From the NCBI GenBank assembly GCA_037447605.1, contig CM074807.1:2428327-2492326 (forward strand): DNA of 64,000 nt. The letters run 5' to 3'. Position numbers and translations under genes: made by a program. This document shows positions 57,724-64,000 of the stretch, in pieces (position 1 is the first letter of the stretch; every line of letters starts with the position of its first letter). This stretch comes from Zygnema circumcarinatum SAG 698-1b. Lineage: Eukaryota; Plantae; Zygnematophyceae. The notes beneath the pieces are model-generated. The model was not told the DNA's origin. It did not search any database and was given only the letters and a program-made list of their open reading frames with translations.

Positions 57724-60700
57724 CTACCCCACCCTCTCCGCCTGCAGAGCCTGCAGCTCGCCCTCCACGGCCTCCCTCACTATCCTCTCCAAGTGCCCCT
57801 CGGCATCCAGCTGCACTGCCAGGCGATGGCTGTCAACCGGATGCACGTGCACTGCCACCTGGCAACCCGAAGGAGCTCCATGTCAGTCCCAGCAGCCTGC
57901 CTCCCGACCTCACCCAGAACGGGCTCACCTTGTTTTGGACGGTAAGCACTTGCCTTAGGCGAGGACAGGAGGCGGGCCTGCTCAATGTCGTGATCCCAAC
58001 TGCCACAGTGAACACTGACGTTGGCGGAGGTCCTCTGAACGGCAGCCTGCAGCGCCCTGCCAAACGCAAGCTGCCAGGAGAGCGGTTGGCCCGGCCTGAT
58101 GGCGGCGGCTGTCATGTCGACCTGCAGTCATTGTTGTCAAGCATGTAAGGAGTGGAGAGAGAGTGATATAACCTGCTGAAGGTAACAGGCAAGTGAGGGA
58201 TCTTTCTTACCTGCGGGCAGAAGGCCAACACGGAGGATGCTATTGGGGAAAAGAGCAAAGCTGCAGAGGCACCCATGGAGTCTCCGAGCAATAGAACACG
58301 AGAATAGTCTCGAACAGCAGCCTGCAGTTGTGTCATGTAGTACTGCCCCAACCCTTCGCCAGTCTCCACATCAACACTATCCCTCGCTGCTTCCTCGCTC
58401 AAAGGGTCATGTGTGTACCACGAGCGCGTGGGGTCCACCAAAAAAAGAATATCAAAGGCAGGCTCAAGTAAGCCATTCTCCATGCCCTTGCGGACCTTCC
58501 GAAGAAGGCCAGCCCTGCTCAGGCACAGGAAATCAACAGGCAACGAATTGCATAGAATCAACTCAGTGGCCGACAATACTTCATTGTCACAGCGGGAAAT
58601 CGTCAGAAACATTGCCTGAATTGAACGCACTGTCCAAAGCCTATTTGACCTTCAAAACCGACAGGTTAAGGGCACACCAGCTAATTTGCTTACCAGTTAG
58701 GCACACCTGGAGCACTTCCAAATGCAACAACTACAAGTGGCGCATTGCTAAAGGATGACCGCTTGGATGGCTGCCATCGCTGAATCTGCGCCCAAACAAG
58801 GTTTATTAGAGCTATCCCTGGAGTGAAATGATATGTTTCTTTTATGTCGGTTTCTAGTCTCAGCTTTCTCACCTTGAAATACCCGCCTCCCCGACCAACA
58901 GCTCCGTTTCCAGCAATGCACCCTACCCTTACATTGCTTTGCATTGGATCCATGGTATCAAGGTTGTGGCCAGCACCTATCTGCAAGCGGAGACCAAAAG
59001 AAAACAATTAGGAAAAGCAGTCCAAACGAAAGCAGAAGTGTGAAGGAGAGAAAACAGAGGTGTGCCCTGTACCTGTTCCACGTCCAGACCCACTGCTTGA
59101 AGATGAGCGAGTGTTGGCAGCAGACTGCGCAGAGCCCTACTCTCCAGAGGATTGCTCTGTCAGGCCATACACCCATCGTTTATCATTGTTTGTTGTTCCC
59201 AAAGACCATGCTCATCCACTCTTCAGAATAGCAACTCTTGTCTCTCCGCATCTTTCCCCTCACCTCGACCCATAAATGGCGCAGCTGCTTCGCCTCTCCA
59301 AGGGTGCCTGGGAGGGTGTCCAGCAGATTGCCATACCTGTGAAGTGCGTAACCAGTTGCTGTGAATATTTGGTCCCTTCAATTCATCCACATTATCCAAT
59401 CATTGCTTAAAAGGAACAGAAGAGAGAGGGATGCCTACAGCCAGATGGTCTCAATACAAGGCTGCCGGCCCAGGGAGGGTGAAAGGTAATGGAGACAGTT
59501 ATCAGCTAAGTTAAGCTGACGCAGGGCTGAGAATCCTTCCTCAGAAGAAAAGCGTTCAAGACGGTTGCCCTGGAAAGAAACACCCAGCAAGTTCCGCTTT
59601 CATGTCCTGGTACCAATCTATAAGAACACCAATTCCTGCAGCCAAAGCATATGTTTTATCCCATAAGCTACATCCTGAAACAAAGACAATCGCATCAGGG
59701 TTGCTTGTTTAAGCCTCTCAACATCCTCTCGAACTTCCTTAATATAGACCATTCCAGGGTACTTATTTGTAGGCAAAACACCAGTAAACCCCACGACCGA
59801 AATACATGCCATGTCAATAGCAGATCGACTCCTGTGAGCAGTCTGCAGTTGGCAGCTGCCGCACCTCTGGCCACATGGAGAGTGCAGAGAGTAGTAGGGG
59901 TAGCCTGCCCTGCCTGAAGCCATAGGTCCTGCAGGTTGTTCAGAGTCATGAGCTGGTCGGGTACAGCACGGAGCAGATTTCCATGCGCAGCCAATACTCG
60001 AAGCCGAGTGAGGGCTCCCACTCCTGCACACGAACAGACAGGTTCAATCAATCACAAATTAGCACTCAGTCGATGCCTCCGTTCAGCTATAGGAAAAGTC
60101 ATCTTGGAGACAAAGACCTACCTTCAGACAACTCCTGAATCCGGTTACCAGCAACTGAGAGCACCTGCATGCCCCTAGTCATGTTAAATCAAAAGGAGAA
60201 AGAACAGGTGAGAACAGAAAATACAGATGAAGTCGTTGGAAACTTTGGGCTAATTTCTGCAAGCACCTCAAGCGATGTGAGCTGGTTGATTGACGATGGC
60301 AAAGCCTGAAGCTGGTTTCCGGAAAGGGCCAATAGTCGCAGGCGACTAAGCTTTCCAATCTGCAGACACCAGATTGCACCAAAGATGAAGGGAGGCATTC
60401 GAATGACTCGGGTCATCACAAGTTTTGAATGAATTGCAAGCGCAGGAATGGAAGACACTTTACAATAATGGACCGCATCTAACTGTTTCCACATTGGACC
60501 TCTCCCCCCCTTTATGTTTTCATCATAGATCATCATAGCTGTATAGACCTGGGAGGGGAGAGAGCGCAAGATGTTGCTGTGCAGCCACAGGCCCTCCAGA
60601 CTTTCCATCGTCTCAATTTCCTTTGGAATCTCCTCTAGCAAGTTGCCAGCGAGGCCCAAACGCCGCAGCTGGAGCATCCAAACGAGCACACATCAGAAAA

Positions 60701-62405
60701 AATAACGGTCGGACATCACTTCGCTGTCTCAAACTTCATGCCACATGTTCACTGGTATGTGGTAAGCATCACACATTGCACAAGTTGCCAAGCTCTGCTG
60801 GCAGTTCTGTGAGATGATTCCCCGCAAGCGAGAGGTCGGTAAGGCCTTTGAGATGCCACACATGCGAAGGTACTTCTGTCAACCCTGCAAATGCAACAGA
60901 AAGGCAAGTGCGTGCACATTTAGTATACTATTCTACTGTCCGAAACTGAGATTCTTGAACAGAAAGGAATCAATTAAAAGTGTTCAACTTAGTCAAACGT
61001 TTTCGATTCAGGAAGGACCAAACCTCAGCCCATGCGTAAACCAGGACCTGTCCATGAAGAAAGTAGAATTCTTGTGGGTCCACTTTACAATGTACTTCAA
61101 GTAAGTGACCACTATCGCATCGATACACAGGTCTGAAAGTTACCAACTTCAATAAAACTCGATTGGCACAAGGACTTGCCCACATAGTCAATGCTCTACC
61201 GCGATTGAAATGGCAGCATCAACAAAGAAAGAACCAAGGATCTAGCCGCTGTCACAAACTCAAGGTGGCTGCTAAGGAGAAAACTGAAAGCTAGTCGGAT
61301 AAGGTGTAAAGTCAAAATAATCACCTTTGCCATGATCTGTATGGGAGTTCTTTTGGACAGCTAAATGCAAGACTGGTGAAGTTCGAAAGCCAACTGCTAA
61401 CTATTAAAATTGGATCTACACGAATGGACCAACCACATAGCTTGGAACATTAGAAGAGCATAAAGCCTGCTGTCAGTCTGGGAGCTCCTTGTAGAAACTA
61501 GAAAACAAAAAACGACTGTTCCACAAGAGCAACTTTGGTAATGTTACAGCAAAGACAATTGAAAACGCAGTAGAATGCGGGTAGGAAATGAGCATTATTA
61601 CTCTAATTCGTAACAGCAGAAATGTGATCACATTAATCAGAAGTTCTATAGCAACTATGCAGCATCCAGGTGCATACTCACTGTCACGGTTTCAAGACTG
61701 GACTCAAACCTCTCAAAGACTGAACATTGGTTATGCCTAAAAAGAATACGGATTCTTTTTCATTTGCCTCACTTTATGATTGAGGACTTTAGCCAAATAG
61801 AAATGAGCTCCAAAATCGGTAGAGGCAAACTTAGTCCGTTTAAAACTACAAGTGAAGTATGTAACTCCATCCAAAGTGAGCAAACTTACCAGAATGTGAG
61901 GCGAAGCGAAGCGACTCTTTCTCAATTACCGAGGCAATGTTGTCAAATTTTGCTTAATTTTTCCTTCTTGATGGCTAGTTATTGCTGAAAAGGAATTTGG
62001 TCCAGGAGCCCTTAAGGAAAGAAACAGAAGCGCCAGTTACAGTGCTAGAGGAAAGCAAGAGTATTGTAGGGAGAAATTACCACAGTGACTGAGATCCAGC
62101 GCTCCTGTGTTTGCAGCAACATCAATGCGCGTCTCCAACATACCCTGATTCACTGCGCCCCTCTCTCCATCACTGCACACTTAACGAGGCATGTCCAAGC
62201 TAGTCTCATTTAAAACTCCTAACTACAAATTATTTATGTGAAAGCAACCACACAATTCTACAAGTGCACCTCACAGCATTACTATACCTGAAACCGGCGC
62301 ACCTGCCGCTGCAACAACCCTTCCTTCCCTGCTCCACTCCTGTGCTGTTGAACAGGAGGTTCCAAACAAGAATGCCCTATGAGCAGGAGCAGCAATTGCC
62401 GCCAT
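57724..62405 (-). CDS. Leucine-rich-repeat protein with C-terminal alpha/beta-hydrolase-like domain; multi-exon
   Basis: Start MAAIAAPAHRAFLFG (inferred); LRRs such as LRRLGLAGNLLEEIP, LEGLWLHSNILRSLP, LRLLALSGNQLQALP, LRVLAAHGNLLRAVP; then VVVAFGSAPGVPNW, FDILFLVDPTRSWY, LLGDSMGASAALLF, HCGSWDHDIEQA, VDSHRLAVQL; stop at 57724. Confidence 0.82.
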
Positions 62406-64000
62406 AATTTCGTGAAGGAAAAACTCTTCAGATACAATACGGTAATAGTAAACCCAGAATTACTGTTTGCAAAGCTCCGTGATGAAGGCGCTGTTTCTGA
62501 GAAGTAGCGGAGCCGTGGCGGTTCAAAGAAGGGCGCTTGAAAATCCCAATCGAAGCGAGCGCTGCCCTGCTCTGCATTTCTGCAAGCCGCTGTGTGCACA
62601 CGTATTGGAGGAATTTGGAAGGAAATCATGCATCACCCACTCTTGGCAGGAGAAGAGAGGAGGAGTTCTGTGCCAACTATTCTTCAGGATATCATAGCAC
62701 AGGCTTTCAGAGGACGGGTTAGTATATGGAACTTGTTGGGGACACATTTTCATGAAAGAGAATGTGTTTCTGTCCATTTTGTGCAGTCTTCAGTTTTCAT
62801 GGAAACACCACCACTTTGCCTTAGTTTCTCTATTCTAATGTATTCAATATGGAGAGAGTCCTACGCTTTCTTACAATAAAGGCCTGGCGTCTTACTAATT
62901 TCATTGTAGTATCCTGGCTACGTCATATTAAAATACTCCTTAAGTGCATGACTTCTGCCCTTCTGCTGTCGGCAACCATGACCTTATCAGTTAAAAGGTG
63001 ATTTGAGTGCAAATCAAGTTAAGGGCATGTCGAAACGAACAGAGACGAGCAAAAGTTGCGTACTGGCTTGACTGCAGGAGATACTGAAATTTAAGAAAAG
63101 GTTCATCTATGTGCCTAGACACAAAAGAAAAAAAAACTTTTCGTGAAAACTCGTTTTATTCATGGATTTGGAAATAAGGAATAAGATCGTGACACATGCA
63201 ATTGACCACAATTATTGCATTTCCCATTTTCAGGTTCTATTACAGCCCTGCAAAGGAATTAGGGTTTAACTGCTGCAAAACTAATATTTTGTTCACAAAC
63301 TGGAAGAAAACAGACCGGACTTTTAAGTTGATCAACGCTAACGAGTCCAGAATAGCCGAGGAGGTCACGCCAAAGAAGAATGCACTTTATGTTCTTAGCC
63401 TTGTCACCAGCACAGGAAATGGATTGAGATCTAAGGCAAGAAGAGGAATTACATCGCAGTAAATACGTTTGCTCAAGATTCTTGCATTCATCTGCCTGAC
63501 TCAGTATTCTTCCATAACGCCTGGCTACTTCTCTGAAGGTCTTTAAGTGCCTACTCTTTTTTTGCATCTCTGGTCGAAATTCTTAAACTTCTCGATGTCG
63601 CCCTTTTGTCCATGCATTGCCAGGGGGCACTTGCTTGCTTGTCCTGTCTTTTCCTCGTTGCTGTCCTCCTTAACCGTTTGATGCCGCAGGCCTTTCTGCC
63701 TATTCGTTGTTGTGATGAAGGTCAGTGATTTTCTTGAGCTCTTCTGTCGACCCTCTGATGCAGACGAATGCTGAAGCAGATTTCGAGGCTGAGGATGTGA
63801 CTCATCCCCCTGCACGAGAAGTCAGGAGGTCAGAGGTATGCATCTAAACAACTTCGCGTCCAAAAAATGGCGAGCCTTCTGACTGAAGAATATTACCCTG
63901 TTTCATTCTGCTCTTCATTGGGCTTTTTCAATGTCGACTACCTGGCACTTCACAAACTTCTTTTAGAAACTTCATTGCTGTTGTATATTTACTTTGTTTA

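Noticed and set aside
63259-63567. Possible hAT transposase fragment (ARRYGRILSQ...CNSSSC)
   Set aside because: Resemblance is only a few residues, and neighbouring frames contain stops without further motifs.

Overview
Eukaryotic nuclear DNA from a streptophyte green plant; intron-rich plant-type genes, a MYORG-like GH31 and an LptF/G homolog suggest a charophyte alga or non-seed plant (inference). The window has three parts. (1) 1-1379: 3' end of RNA polymerase II largest subunit (CTD heptads). (2) About 1.8-24.6 kb: a nested transposon island. A cluster of Tc1/mariner-type foldback MITEs is split by a 15.2-kb Ty3/Gypsy element (A, 2883-18088, 4-bp TSD). A's 5' LTR holds a chromovirus (B, ~4213-10789) and its 3' non-coding region holds a 453-bp TRIM. 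Next comes a decayed Crypton-like tyrosine-recombinase gene hit by two more TRIM-family insertions, followed by a 700-bp palindromic MITE. (3) About 25.3-62.4 kb: host genes XRN3, a GH31 glycosidase, COPA, a probably plastid-targeted LptF/LptG permease and an LRR/alpha-beta-hydrolase fusion. Best novelty candidates: a TRIM whose 130-bp LTRs contain a tRNA-derived Pol III promoter (a tRNA analogue of the 5S-carrying Cassandra elements), and a Gypsy element with a split-repeat terminal layout (A...B-aa-A-B) suggestive of integration from a circle. Parts of the TE island look like low-accuracy gap-fill (indel noise; N gaps at 3388-3397, 14589-14598, 19805-19814), so frameshifts and LTR divergence there are not fully trustworthy. 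All homology calls come from manual motif recognition, not database searches.
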